From positions 4,954 to 68,953 of the IMG/VR virus record IMGVR_UViG_3300009130_000022: DNA of 64,000 bases, one strand, 5' to 3'. The position numbers were made by a program, and so were the translations under genes. This DNA comes from a virus (Duplodnaviria > Caudoviricetes). Under the pieces are notes generated by a model, which saw only the letters and a list, made by a program, of their open reading frames with translations, was not told where the DNA came from and did not search any database. Shown here piece by piece: positions 1 through 7,607 of this stretch (position 1 is the first letter of the stretch; each line of letters starts with the position of its first letter).

Positions 1-182
1 CCATGGACTTGGCCGAGGAGCATGACAGCGTCGTGATGCGCGGCGAGGTCGTGGAGTTCGATCCTCGCGAGGGTCAGGACGACGATGTGGACGCGGTGGA
101 CGCGGACGCATGGGCGTTGGCGAGTGCTGGTTTCGGCACCGATGAGGACTACGGCTGCTACGACAGCGGCGACGAGTGGTAA
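1..182 (+). CDS. 5'-truncated acidic phage hypothetical protein (ALASAGFGTDEDYG motif)
   Basis: Frame from 3 reads MDLAEEHD...ALASAGFGTDEDYGCYDSGDEW, TAA at 180-182; GC-rich; not in ORF track. Confidence 0.7.
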   Translation, partial: MDLAEEHDSVVMRGEVVEFDPREGQDDDVDAVDADAWALASAGFGTDEDYGCYDSGDEW

Positions 183-191
183 AAGCGCGCG

Positions 192-264
192 CTAAGTCCT
201 TGATAGTCATGGACTTACCAGCGCGGCTGCCGCGCACCTAACTCATTGATAGTCAAGGGCTTAA
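192..264. repeat. Paired-palindrome element copy 1
   Basis: CTAAGTCCTTG-ATAGT-CATGGACTTAC, GC core with GCGCGGCTGC, CTAACTCATTG-ATAGT-CAAGGGCTTAA. Confidence 0.9.
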
Positions 265-376
265 GAAGATGCCCTCCCAAGCTAACATGAAAGCTCGGAA
301 GGGCTGCGTGGTTATGAGAGATGAATAACTACGCTAGAGTCATTATTATGTTATTTGCTGTTTCGCTTTTTCACTT

Positions 377-892
377 TTATAATTTATAAAATATATGATT
401 ACCTATAACCTTAACAGGCTTCTTTCCTTTAGCCCATTTCGGTTTATCTATTTTATTATTATGATAGTGATTAGCAAACCCAACAAAATCACGACTTAAA
501 AGTTTTATGTTTTTAGCCAGAGAGATAGCGTATTTGGCTTGTGGAACTTTAAGCAAGTGTTCAAGGCTCTTTAACGCTTTACCGTTCCAACAACTGAACT
601 GGTAGGGCTTGAGACAGACTTCTTTTGGTGTTCTACCTCGTTCAAATGCTCGTTGAGCAATGACAGCAGCAACCGCATACATCCCTCCCTGCCCCTCTCC
701 TCTCGCCTCGGCAAGTATAGTAATCGCAATGACCTTCGTCTCTCTAGTAAGTTTGACATTGTTATGTGTGTGTTGCGCGTTAACAGCATTAAGGCCCGCA
801 GCCATTAACGCTGCCGTCCAGACCAGTCGCCACCACGCATCGAGTTCGTTCAGTCCAGTATCGTTGATTAACCATTTTATTCTATTTTTCAT
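377..892 (-). CDS. SleB-like cell wall hydrolase (Hydrolase_2)
   Basis: TILAEARGEG..GMYAVAAVI, PYQFSCWN, HYH, IGNHIFY motifs; N-terminal hydrophobic segment. Confidence 0.9.
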   Translation of the reverse strand: MKNRIKWLINDTGLNELDAWWRLVWTAALMAAGLNAVNAQHTHNNVKLTRETKVIAITILAEARGEGQGGMYAVAAVIAQRAFERGRTPKEVCLKPYQFSCWNGKALKSLEHLLKVPQAKYAISLAKNIKLLSRDFVGFANHYHNNKIDKPKWAKGKKPVKVIGNHIFYKL

Positions 893-1248
893 TTTATTGT
901 TGGCACAGCATGAGCAAAAGACACGCTACTGTAGCAGTCAGTCTCATCGTACTTCGGGGCGTTTTCAATCTTGTTAAGTTCGTGTTCTACATCTTCTTCT
1001 GTCATCCAGCCGCGAACATCAGAATAGCCCAGTTTTTCGTTGTAAACAACATCCCAGTCATTTTCCTGTGACGCGCCTTTAAGTGTGCCGATCTTCAACA
1101 AGGCCAACTCATACTTACCCTCTCTGCCGCCATAGCTATAACTATGACGAACAACAGACAGACCATAACCGTTCTTGAAACGAACGATTCCGTGAACACC
1201 TTCGGGGTCTACCCCGTGACACCTAAATTTAATATCTGAAAATTTCAT
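889..1248 (-). CDS. Conserved phage hypothetical protein
   Basis: FKNGYGLSVV..YGG..GKYELA motif typical of phage small proteins; coupled overlap. Confidence 0.8.
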   Translation of the reverse strand: MKFSDIKFRCHGVDPEGVHGIVRFKNGYGLSVVRHSYSYGGREGKYELALLKIGTLKGASQENDWDVVYNEKLGYSDVRGWMTEEDVEHELNKIENAPKYDETDCYSSVSFAHAVPTIK

Positions 1249-1511
1249 GCGTCCTCTCCAAGCTCAAAGCCTAACGGTGAAAAAGTATCGTCGAACCTAG
1301 CCTTGTTAAGCCCTTTCCGTAAGGTCGTCAGGATGTCTTTTTGCTCTTTGACGATTCTCCTAATGTCCTCAATGTCACCTTCCATGTAGTAGCATTTATT
1401 ATGCGCACGATTAAACAAATGCTCGACATGGGTCAACGAACCCTCAACATCAGCCATAGCCAAACGGGTCTGTTCGATTTCCTTCGCTGCTCTTTTGGTC
1501 ATATCTCTCAT
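1245..1511 (-). CDS. Hypothetical coiled-coil protein
   Basis: ORF directly after promoter 1522-1550. Confidence 0.7.
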   Translation of the reverse strand: MRDMTKRAAKEIEQTRLAMADVEGSLTHVEHLFNRAHNKCYYMEGDIEDIRRIVKEQKDILTTLRKGLNKARFDDTFSPLGFELGEDA

Positions 1512-1521
1512 AACTTTTAAT

Positions 1522-1550
1522 ATAGTATCACAAACAGGTTAACAAGTCAA
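1522..1550 (-). promoter_or_regulatory. sigma70-like promoter
   Basis: TTGACT-17-TACTAT. Confidence 0.7.
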
Positions 1551-1557
1551 GCACTTT

Positions 1558-1767
1558 TTAGTACCATTGTTTCCTGTCGGTCTCGGTGTCATAGCCGTGG
1601 TTGTAGGCTTCTATCTCCGATGCCGTCATATCCTTCTCCTCTACCATCTTGGATGAACCTGTTCCACCTTCGTAGTAGTGCGGGTTGCTGCCTCTGCCGT
1701 AGTAGCGATCTGCGGAACCTCGATCATAAGGCCCGCCATGTCTCTTGTTGTATATCTTCTCTGTCAT
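1558..1767 (-). CDS. Conserved phage hypothetical protein (RHGGPYDRGSAD motif)
   Basis: Start moved to ATG 1767 because a consensus promoter lies within the longer ORF call. Confidence 0.8.
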   Translation of the reverse strand: MTEKIYNKRHGGPYDRGSADRYYGRGSNPHYYEGGTGSSKMVEEKDMTASEIEAYNHGYDTETDRKQWY

Positions 1768-1777
1768 AACTCCGCAC

Positions 1778-1806
1778 ATTATAGCATCAGAGGGTGTCCG
1801 TGTCAA
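1778..1806 (-). promoter_or_regulatory. sigma70-like promoter
   Basis: TTGACA-17-TATAAT. Confidence 0.85.
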
Positions 1807-1823
1807 CACTTTTTTTTCTTGTC

Positions 1824-1897
1824 GTAAGTTGTTAACTATCATAGACTTAGCAAGCGCGGCTGCGGCCCAGCTAAGTCATTGATAATCAAAGAGATGG
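1824..1897. repeat. Paired-palindrome element copy 2
   Basis: GTAAGTTGTTA-ACTAT-CATAGACTTAG, core GCGCGGCTGC, CTAAGTCATTG-ATAAT-CAAAGAG. Confidence 0.85.
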
Positions 1898-1969
1898 ACG
1901 CGAGGGTCGGAATCGAACCGACGATTGCGGTTTTGCAGACCGCCGCCTTAACCACTTGGCCACCTCGCG
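1895..1969 (-). tRNA. tRNA-Cys (GCA), CCA encoded
   Basis: Acceptor CGCGAGG/CCTCGCG, U73, anticodon arm GCGGT-CTGCAAA-ACCGC, T arm GTCGG-TTCGATT-CCGAC. Confidence 0.95.
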
Positions 1970-2007
1970 TTTATTTGGTATTTAAACATTTCCTATTTGC
2001 CTGTCGC

Positions 2008-2036
2008 AAAAAAACCCCCCGCCGAAGCGAGGGGTC
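2008..2036 (-). terminator. Intrinsic terminator
   Basis: GC hairpin with TTCG loop followed by T7. Confidence 0.85.
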
Positions 2037-2065
2037 GTGAGCATGAATAATAACAACTCAGTTCT

Positions 2066-2371
2066 TCAGGAAGATTCTTCCAACGGAAGGTCATCGAATG
2101 CATCGCCGCCGCTCGGCTGCAATTCCTTCATCCGCGTCTTTAGGTTTTGAATTTGTTCGAGCTTCTTCATTCTATTTAATTTGAGTCCTTCCACGCTTCC
2201 TCGTAAACTCGAAATCTCTAGCTGTTGCTTTTTAACTAGGCTAGATACTTCATGCATTAGTTCACATACATCACTTAAAGACTCGGAATTCTCTTTTCCA
2301 AGAGCTTTAATGATCTCGAACACTTTGGGGTTCATGTTATACGATTCGTGGGGCTGATATTGATTTGCCAT
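2066..2371 (-). CDS. Hypothetical protein
   Basis: 101-aa ORF, coiled-coil-like. Confidence 0.7.
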   Translation of the reverse strand: MANQYQPHESYNMNPKVFEIIKALGKENSESLSDVCELMHEVSSLVKKQQLEISSLRGSVEGLKLNRMKKLEQIQNLKTRMKELQPSGGDAFDDLPLEESS

Positions 2372-2378
2372 AATTAAA

Positions 2379-2642
2379 TTACTCCGAAATTACTTGACGT
2401 ATCTGTGCGAACTTCTTATTGATAAACGCAACAACATCGCAGTCGGCTGCGTTTCTTTGCCGAAGAGACCTAATTTGGTAATCAATGTGCCTCCGCATTT
2501 CACTCCGAACATGATCCCGCATGATAATCTTGTCATGCTTTACCTTTCGTGTGACCTTCTTCTTCGCGGCCTTCTTCTGTAAATGTTTTGTTTTCACTAC
2601 TTCTTCTTCTTCAAATGCTTTTATCAACTCTTGATAATCCAT
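2379..2642 (-). CDS. Hypothetical basic protein
   Basis: 87-aa ORF in operon-like arrangement. Confidence 0.65.
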   Translation of the reverse strand: MDYQELIKAFEEEEVVKTKHLQKKAAKKKVTRKVKHDKIIMRDHVRSEMRRHIDYQIRSLRQRNAADCDVVAFINKKFAQIRQVISE

Positions 2643-2647
2643 GTATT

Positions 2648-2684
2648 AAAAAAATGGTGGCGGGAGTATTTGTGTACCCGCACC
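2648..2684 (-). terminator. Intrinsic terminator or attenuator
   Basis: GGTGCGGG...CCCGCCACC hairpin then T7, just before ATG 2642. Confidence 0.65.
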
Positions 2685-3175
2685 TTTTCAGTACCCAGAA
2701 AACAAATGTTTCAGATCTACTTACTTCGGACTCACCCACGAGATTCCTCAACCGATTGGTCTCCGTACTTGTCGCAGTCGCTACGTTACCCCTTTGGGAG
2801 GGGTTATTCCGTCACACCGATCTCACTCCGTCGAGAGAGAAAATTGAATTGAGTTGCTGCCGCGCCACCAGCAGTATGATCGCGCTGTATTGCAAGCGCA
2901 GTCGCGTAAGATGTCCTACCATCCCTGTCCTCCCCTTCATCCCGCCAAGGAAAAGGTTTGGCGATGGAGGCGTATTTAACTCGCCAACTCAAATTATATA
3001 AAAGAACTTTGGCCGCTTTTTATGAGGTGCTACCTCTAACTAGGCGCGAACCTAGGTGCGACCCAAATAAAGGGTCAGGGAGTGATTAGCATTGTATTCC
3101 TACCCTAATCTTTTAAGTCCGCCCTGCCAGACTTTCAACAACCCAAACCTTGGTTCATGACCAAATCAACCAAGA
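2648..3175 (-). ncRNA. Candidate ~525-nt structured ncRNA or long cis-regulatory leader
   Basis: Own promoter, terminator, no convincing ORF, at least 10 hairpins and long-range stems. Confidence 0.55.
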
Positions 3176-3181
3176 AAATAT

Positions 3182-3210
3182 ATGATAGCATGGTCGGGGT
3201 TCAATGTCAA
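3182..3210 (-). promoter_or_regulatory. sigma70-like promoter of candidate ncRNA
   Basis: TTGACA-17(ttgaaccccgaccatgc)-TATCAT. Confidence 0.8.
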
Positions 3211-3217
3211 CGCCTTT

Positions 3218-3460
3218 TTACAAAGCAGCCAGAGAAATTACTCTGTCTGCTCGAAAGGCCCGAACATCGCCATCACGGTTAATCACGCGAGCGTAAAACC
3301 CTACTTCACGCCCATCGTTGTAAAGTGGCTTCCACCCTCTACGCGCCCCCTTGAGATAATAAATCTTGGTAGCGTGTTTTTCGGGTGAATAAACCATCAC
3401 ATAGTTAGTAACCTTGGGAGCCATCCCAAGCCATCTCTTTACTCTGTCTTTTATCGTCAT
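3218..3460 (-). CDS. Small WYL/Sm-like-fold protein (putative)
   Basis: C-terminal GDVRAFRADRVISL resembles WYL R-x-FR-x-DRI motif. Confidence 0.5.
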   Translation of the reverse strand: MTIKDRVKRWLGMAPKVTNYVMVYSPEKHATKIYYLKGARRGWKPLYNDGREVGFYARVINRDGDVRAFRADRVISLAAL

Positions 3461-3471
3461 TCGTTAAAGTA

Positions 3472-3500
3472 ATAGTAACACAAATCGGGGCCGAGGTCAA
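3472..3500 (-). promoter_or_regulatory. sigma70-like promoter
   Basis: TTGACC-17-TACTAT. Confidence 0.75.
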
Positions 3501-3502
3501 GC

Positions 3503-4003
3503 CTAATCCATCGCAAACTTGAACCTGTCAAACTGTTCTTCTATCCTATGACAGAGAACATCAGTCAGCATCTCTCCACGACTCTCTGGAAAATCTTCCG
3601 AGAAGTTCTTAATTTCAATCTTCACTTGTTCCAATAAATCATTTATGTCATCCATTCCCTCATTATAGCACCCACGGGCTTCTTTGTCAACCCAGTTAGG
3701 GTTATGCTTGGACTGTAAACGCACCCAAGCCTCCGTATACAACACACGGTACTTCTCGCGCTTATCCTTTGGCCAAAGCCGTTGGTCAAACGTTTCCCTG
3801 TCATCGACAACAGGAGGAAAGTCAGGATGCACTATCCTCTGCGCCCTACTAGGCGAACAGCGGATATGCTTGTCATAGATAAACAAACGATTGGCGTCTG
3901 TGTTCTTTAGCTCGCCCGTCTCTACGCCAAGCTCTACCTGTGATTCCCAAGCTCCTTCTATGGGCTTGCCGCACTCTGCACAATCTGTCGGATAATAACT
4001 CAT
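3503..4003 (-). CDS. Hypothetical protein with CxxC
   Basis: 166-aa ORF, coupled overlap. Confidence 0.7.
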   Translation of the reverse strand: MSYYPTDCAECGKPIEGAWESQVELGVETGELKNTDANRLFIYDKHIRCSPSRAQRIVHPDFPPVVDDRETFDQRLWPKDKREKYRVLYTEAWVRLQSKHNPNWVDKEARGCYNEGMDDINDLLEQVKIEIKNFSEDFPESRGEMLTDVLCHRIEEQFDRFKFAMD

Positions 4004-4680
4004 AAAAGTCCTAAATTAACTAAATTCTCTGCGTTCTTTGGCGTATACTTTCTACGGCGTGGATGCTTCTTCTTAAAGCCCATCTGATCAAAGGTATACT
4101 TCAATCCTTTATTCCACGGCACACGCTTTGGCTTTGGCTCTGGAATGTAGAATATGTTGAAGTGCGGCCCAACAGCCGTCTTGTCCCTAACGACAACACG
4201 CTCTGACTTAAACAATGACTTTTTAGATATGTCATCTACAAAAGTATCATACTTATAAGGATTGTAATAAGCATGACGAAATTCCTCGCCTGACTCTGGC
4301 ACACACTTTTCGCACCACATGGTTCCTTTGCATTGACAAATCTCATACTTTTCTATCTTGTCACGAACTAACCGATGACGCTCTTTCGAAACCTCGCCAA
4401 TGTCATGGCAGTTGCCGATAATGTAAGCGTGAACATTCTTACGCTTTTCCCGAAGGACTCGTTGCCGCCCCGCCTCCTGCACTCGAAACTCCGCATTGTG
4501 CAATTCAACACGATGAGCGTGACAATAAAGCAATCCAGTTTCCGCATCAATCACCGAAAGGCATTCCTTCTGAATGTTGTAGTAAACTTTCACGCGGTCT
4601 GGCGCAACCTCGATGCCGTCCATCATCTTGCGAGGCCCAGCATCTTTCCAGCTAATGAATCCCTTTGGTTCTTTGCTCAT
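4000..4680 (-). CDS. Conserved phage hypothetical protein (RQRVLREKRKNVHAY family) with Zn-ribbon-like insert
   Basis: Recognisable phage motif; ATG 4680 gives ATGA coupling. Confidence 0.75.
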   Translation of the reverse strand: MSKEPKGFISWKDAGPRKMMDGIEVAPDRVKVYYNIQKECLSVIDAETGLLYCHAHRVELHNAEFRVQEAGRQRVLREKRKNVHAYIIGNCHDIGEVSKERHRLVRDKIEKYEICQCKGTMWCEKCVPESGEEFRHAYYNPYKYDTFVDDISKKSLFKSERVVVRDKTAVGPHFNIFYIPEPKPKRVPWNKGLKYTFDQMGFKKKHPRRRKYTPKNAENLVNLGLL

Positions 4681-4949
4681 GCTTCTTGGGCAATTTCTTC
4701 CATTGTTCCAAACAACTTTTCCCAACCCATTGGGCTTGTTCCAGAGATTAAAAACTCCCTGTCACCAGCGCACAACGACTTGAGCATCATAATGTTGCCA
4801 GTACGACGAAAGTCAAAAAGCTCTGACCCTTTAACCGTCACACTATAATTGTCACCAGTAACCAAACACGCCCCCGTGAATGTGTAGGTGTGTTCCGGCT
4901 CGTAAGCCTCGGTGTAGGTGCATCCTGTGTCAATGAATCTTTCCTTCAT
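4677..4949 (-). CDS. Hypothetical protein
   Basis: ATG 4949 follows promoter 4960-4988. Confidence 0.7.
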   Translation of the reverse strand: MKERFIDTGCTYTEAYEPEHTYTFTGACLVTGDNYSVTVKGSELFDFRRTGNIMMLKSLCAGDREFLISGTSPMGWEKLFGTMEEIAQEA

Positions 4950-4959
4950 AACTTTTAAT

Positions 4960-4988
4960 AGTATACCACAGCAGGGTGGTGAAGTCAA
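4960..4988 (-). promoter_or_regulatory. sigma70-like promoter
   Basis: TTGACT-17-TATACT. Confidence 0.85.
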
Positions 4989-5110
4989 CTACTTTTTTTA
5001 CCTTTTTTTCGGTTGTATGACCCTTTACCCTTTTTGGGCGTATGTATACGCTGCCCTGTGTTCCAAGGAACAAGTGCTCGTAGTCTGGGCTTTTCCGAAC
5101 TCGTTTTCAT
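4985..5110 (-). CDS. arfA: ArfA-like alternative ribosome-rescue peptide (41 aa)
   Basis: MKTSSEKPRLRALVPWNTGQRIHTPKKGKGSYNRKKGKKSS contains the ArfA signature KKGKGSYxRK; own leaderless promoter. Confidence 0.7.
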   Translation of the reverse strand: MKTSSEKPRLRALVPWNTGQRIHTPKKGKGSYNRKKGKKSS

Positions 5111-5116
5111 GCGTAT

Positions 5117-5145
5117 AGTATATCATACACGTGCTTGCAAGTCAA
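5117..5145 (-). promoter_or_regulatory. sigma70-like promoter (leaderless)
   Basis: TTGACT-17-TATACT, ATG 6 nt downstream. Confidence 0.85.
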
Positions 5146-5162
5146 GCATAAAAGTTAACATC

Positions 5163-5236
5163 GTAAGTCGTTGATAGTCAATGACTTACCCCACGCGGCA
5201 GCCGCCGCGCTAAGTCACTGAACATCAATGGTTTAG
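5163..5236. repeat. Paired-palindrome element copy 3
   Basis: GTAAGTCGTTG-ATAGT-CAATGACTTAC, core CGCGGCAGC, CTAAGTCACTG-AACAT-CAATGGTTTAG. Confidence 0.9.
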
Positions 5237-5270
5237 GGAAGAGCCGCCCCGCTAGGGGGCGGCGATAGAA

Positions 5271-5546
5271 TCAGACTGTTTCCTTTTGCTGCCTGAACAT
5301 ATTAGACAACAAAGCGCGTGCCTTTCGCAGTCTCAATTTAATGGGAGACATATCTATTTTATCTAAATAGTTTTCAACCTGTTCTTGTGTCGCCTTCTCC
5401 AGCTTTCGGTGGTTCCAGCTTCGCTCGTCTTTTTGATGCCAATAGGTTAGCACTCTAACCGGTGACACCTTACCTATGACACGCTCTGTTCTTTTAGTCT
5501 CTGTATTATAATACAGGGCTCCATTTCTTATTTCGTTTATTTTCAT
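5271..5546 (-). CDS. Hypothetical protein
   Basis: 91-aa ORF followed by GC hairpin. Confidence 0.7.
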   Translation of the reverse strand: MKINEIRNGALYYNTETKRTERVIGKVSPVRVLTYWHQKDERSWNHRKLEKATQEQVENYLDKIDMSPIKLRLRKARALLSNMFRQQKETV

Positions 5547-5607
5547 TTTTGCATTCTAATTATGATAGCTACGCAAAACCATAAAACCAACAGTCCTATG
5601 ATTAGCA

Positions 5608-6354
5608 TTATGCGGCCTTGTACCCTGTGAATCCTTTCTTTTTGAGTTCCCGCAAAGCCTTTGCAGACTTACTACCTTTTGGCTGCACCCCATGCAGGAG
5701 CAAACCAAAATCCTTTTCGCCATGTATGGCAAATTCATCGGTGTGGTCAACATCCAAACCCAATGCGTCAATTTCCTCTTGTGAAAAAAATACTGTCGCT
5801 TTTTTGACTCCCAGCCCAGCGATCAAATGGTCAAACTTACCACCTGACGAACAAGTGAAAACATAGTTGCTCGGCAACGCTTCCGAACATTGAAGATACC
5901 TAGCCAGAAACTGAACGCTTTTTGTATAACTGTAAAATGTCACCAAAGGGAAACGCTTTGCCGCTTCCATCCATGCGTCAAAATAGTCATATGAGAAAAA
6001 ATCCCCCCCAATATGCACACGCAAGAAACCGCCAATCTTCTGCAGCCCTTCGGGTATACTTCGGCAAATCAAATCCGTCATTCCTGTGACTGTTTTCGCC
6101 CTTGCTAACTTGTCAAGATTATCCCAACGAGCTTTTCTCACGGAAGGGTAGGTTGCTTCCATCCCTGCTGCATAACAACGATACGATACGCCGTCGACTG
6201 GTGTCGACCTGTCTGTCAGCTTGCCTGTCGCCCTGTCGGCCTTTGTGAGGCAATTCTTCGCGCCGGGACAAGTCCAGCCAGAGGGCAATGAGAAGTGCCA
6301 AATGCCTTTCAGCTTGGCGTTTTCAAATGTAATCAGTAGTTTATCAATTCCCAT
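5608..6354 (-). CDS. GP88-like phage protein
   Basis: FSLPSGWTCPGA..C, CYAA, RVHIGGDFF, FYSYTK motifs; start set to ATG 6354 after promoter. Confidence 0.75.
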   Translation of the reverse strand: MGIDKLLITFENAKLKGIWHFSLPSGWTCPGAKNCLTKADRATGKLTDRSTPVDGVSYRCYAAGMEATYPSVRKARWDNLDKLARAKTVTGMTDLICRSIPEGLQKIGGFLRVHIGGDFFSYDYFDAWMEAAKRFPLVTFYSYTKSVQFLARYLQCSEALPSNYVFTCSSGGKFDHLIAGLGVKKATVFFSQEEIDALGLDVDHTDEFAIHGEKDFGLLLHGVQPKGSKSAKALRELKKKGFTGYKAA

Positions 6355-6364
6355 AACGCAAACA

Positions 6365-6393
6365 AGTATAGCAAAGAGGGGGACGAATGTCAA
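6365..6393 (-). promoter_or_regulatory. sigma70-like promoter
   Basis: TTGACA-17(ttcgtccccctctttgc)-TATACT. Confidence 0.85.
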
Positions 6394-6396
6394 GAG

Positions 6397-6426
6397 AAAA
6401 AAGGAGGGGCGATTGCTCGCCCCTCC
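6397..6426 (-). terminator. Intrinsic terminator
   Basis: GGAGGGGCGA/TCGCCCCTCC stem plus T6. Confidence 0.85.
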
Positions 6427-6455
6427 CGTGTGCTAGGTGTGTTCCCCACCCTTCT

Positions 6456-6662
6456 TTAGTCCATAGCGGCTAAAGAATCCTCAAGATGCTTTCGCGTCAC
6501 TTCTTTGACCTTTGACTCGTCTAAACAGCGAGAGACAATAGTCGATGCTGGGATTCCTGTTTCTTGGGCAATCTTTTTTAGGTTGTCCAATATGCTCTGC
6601 GATATGCGAAATGCGCCCATCGCCTTCTTGCTGCCATCGGCAGACTTTTTTTCTGATGCCAT
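6456..6662 (-). CDS. Ribbon-helix-helix (CopG-like) DNA-binding protein
   Basis: AFRISQSILDNLKKIAQETGIPASTIVSRCL fits the RHH pattern. Confidence 0.65.
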   Translation of the reverse strand: MASEKKSADGSKKAMGAFRISQSILDNLKKIAQETGIPASTIVSRCLDESKVKEVTRKHLEDSLAAMD

Positions 6663-6677
6663 AATAAGTATTATAGT

Positions 6678-6857
6678 TTAACTTTTCTTACTGTTACCGT
6701 AAGAAATTCTTTTGGGCCTACCTTTAGAATCTTTCGGCCCTTCTGGTTCCAAGCCGTGCTTTTTAAGGAACTTCTTGTACCCCTTGTCAACATCCTTGGC
6801 TAGACCCGCAACATCGCCATAGCCCCAATCGCCTTGTTTAATAATGTCTCTACTCAT
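6678..6857 (-). CDS. Hypothetical basic protein (59 aa)
   Basis: MSRDIIKQGDWGYG...SKKS fills the gap; below ORF-track cutoff. Confidence 0.6.
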   Translation of the reverse strand: MSRDIIKQGDWGYGDVAGLAKDVDKGYKKFLKKHGLEPEGPKDSKGRPKRISYGNSKKS

Positions 6858-7293
6858 AAGAATTAAAAGATGGTGTCTTGCCGTTTATGCTACCGAGCCT
6901 GTGTGGGTCAGGCACACATTGTTTCGGTTTAATGTTATTCACAAATTGCAAATTCTCCATTTCGTCAATAGCCGCTTTCATTGAATCTTCGTCGATACGG
7001 CTATCGTCAAAATCCGTATGCCACTCACTATACAATGGAGATTCACCCATTTCAATCCTTTTTTCATCGTCTTGAATAAGTCTTGCCTTGATTGACCTAC
7101 GAAAATAGTGCAACATTAAGTCAGGGCTTGTCATAAATGTCAAACTCTTGCTATCTGCTTCCTTGACCTTGCTTGTAGCTAGATGATTCAAAAGCGAATT
7201 TGCCATTAGTCCTAATGCCGTTTCCGAATTAGTGACGCAACTGCCATACCACTTTTCCTCTCCGTCTCTCTGGAATGTTAATTGTCCTAACAT
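6850..7293 (-). CDS. Hypothetical protein
   Basis: GAGGA RBS-like motif and promoter upstream. Confidence 0.7.
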   Translation of the reverse strand: MLGQLTFQRDGEEKWYGSCVTNSETALGLMANSLLNHLATSKVKEADSKSLTFMTSPDLMLHYFRRSIKARLIQDDEKRIEMGESPLYSEWHTDFDDSRIDEDSMKAAIDEMENLQFVNNIKPKQCVPDPHRLGSINGKTPSFNSYE

Positions 7294-7319
7294 AGTCTTT
7301 TCCTCTAAACGCTGTTAAA

Positions 7320-7348
7320 AGTATGCCATAGGCGGGAAACAATGTCAA
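7320..7348 (-). promoter_or_regulatory. sigma70-like promoter (divergent pair)
   Basis: TTGACA-17-CATACT. Confidence 0.7.
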
Positions 7349-7372
7349 CAGTTTTTTTCAATAATAATTTGC

Positions 7373-7401
7373 TTGACGCAGGGGTTTAACTGTGATAGAA
7401 T
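7373..7401 (+). promoter_or_regulatory. sigma70-like promoter for small RNA
   Basis: TTGACG-17-TAGAAT with TG extension. Confidence 0.8.
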
Positions 7402-7407
7402 ATCCAA

Positions 7408-7480
7408 AGTGAGTGGGGGGTGGCTTAGCGGATTCCCAGCTGCGGCCTGTTAATTGTGATAGGGACTCCCCCCACTCGCT
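7408..7480 (+). ncRNA. Candidate small RNA, tRNA-Asn-like but lacking T arm
   Basis: 13-bp closing stem AGTGAGTGGGGGG/CCCCCCACTCGCT; D-arm-like TGGCTTAGCGG..AGC; CTGTTAA loop. Confidence 0.45.
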
Positions 7481-7481
7481 C

Positions 7482-7556
7482 TTAAACCTTTGACTATCAT
7501 AGACTTACGCGCGGGGCAGCCGCGGCGAGCTAAGTCATTGATACTCAGGGACTTAC
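7482..7556. repeat. Paired-palindrome element copy 4
   Basis: TTAAACCTTTG-ACTAT-CATAGACTTAC, core GCGCGGGGCAGC, CTAAGTCATTG-ATACT-CAGGGACTTAC. Confidence 0.9.
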
Positions 7557-7607
7557 GTGTCAAGCTTTTAATTGAGAAACTTTTTTGCCTATGACCGTAA
7601 AAAGTGC

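Noticed and set aside
2804-2992. 62-aa TTG-start ORF inside the structured region
   Set aside because: No RBS or promoter and no recognisable motif; cannot be fully excluded as a leader peptide
2648-3175. tmRNA, RNase P RNA or CsrB-like identity for the ncRNA
   Set aside because: The CCACCA end lacks a T arm and G3-U70; no GAGGAAAGUCC; about 11 GGA in 525 nt is near chance
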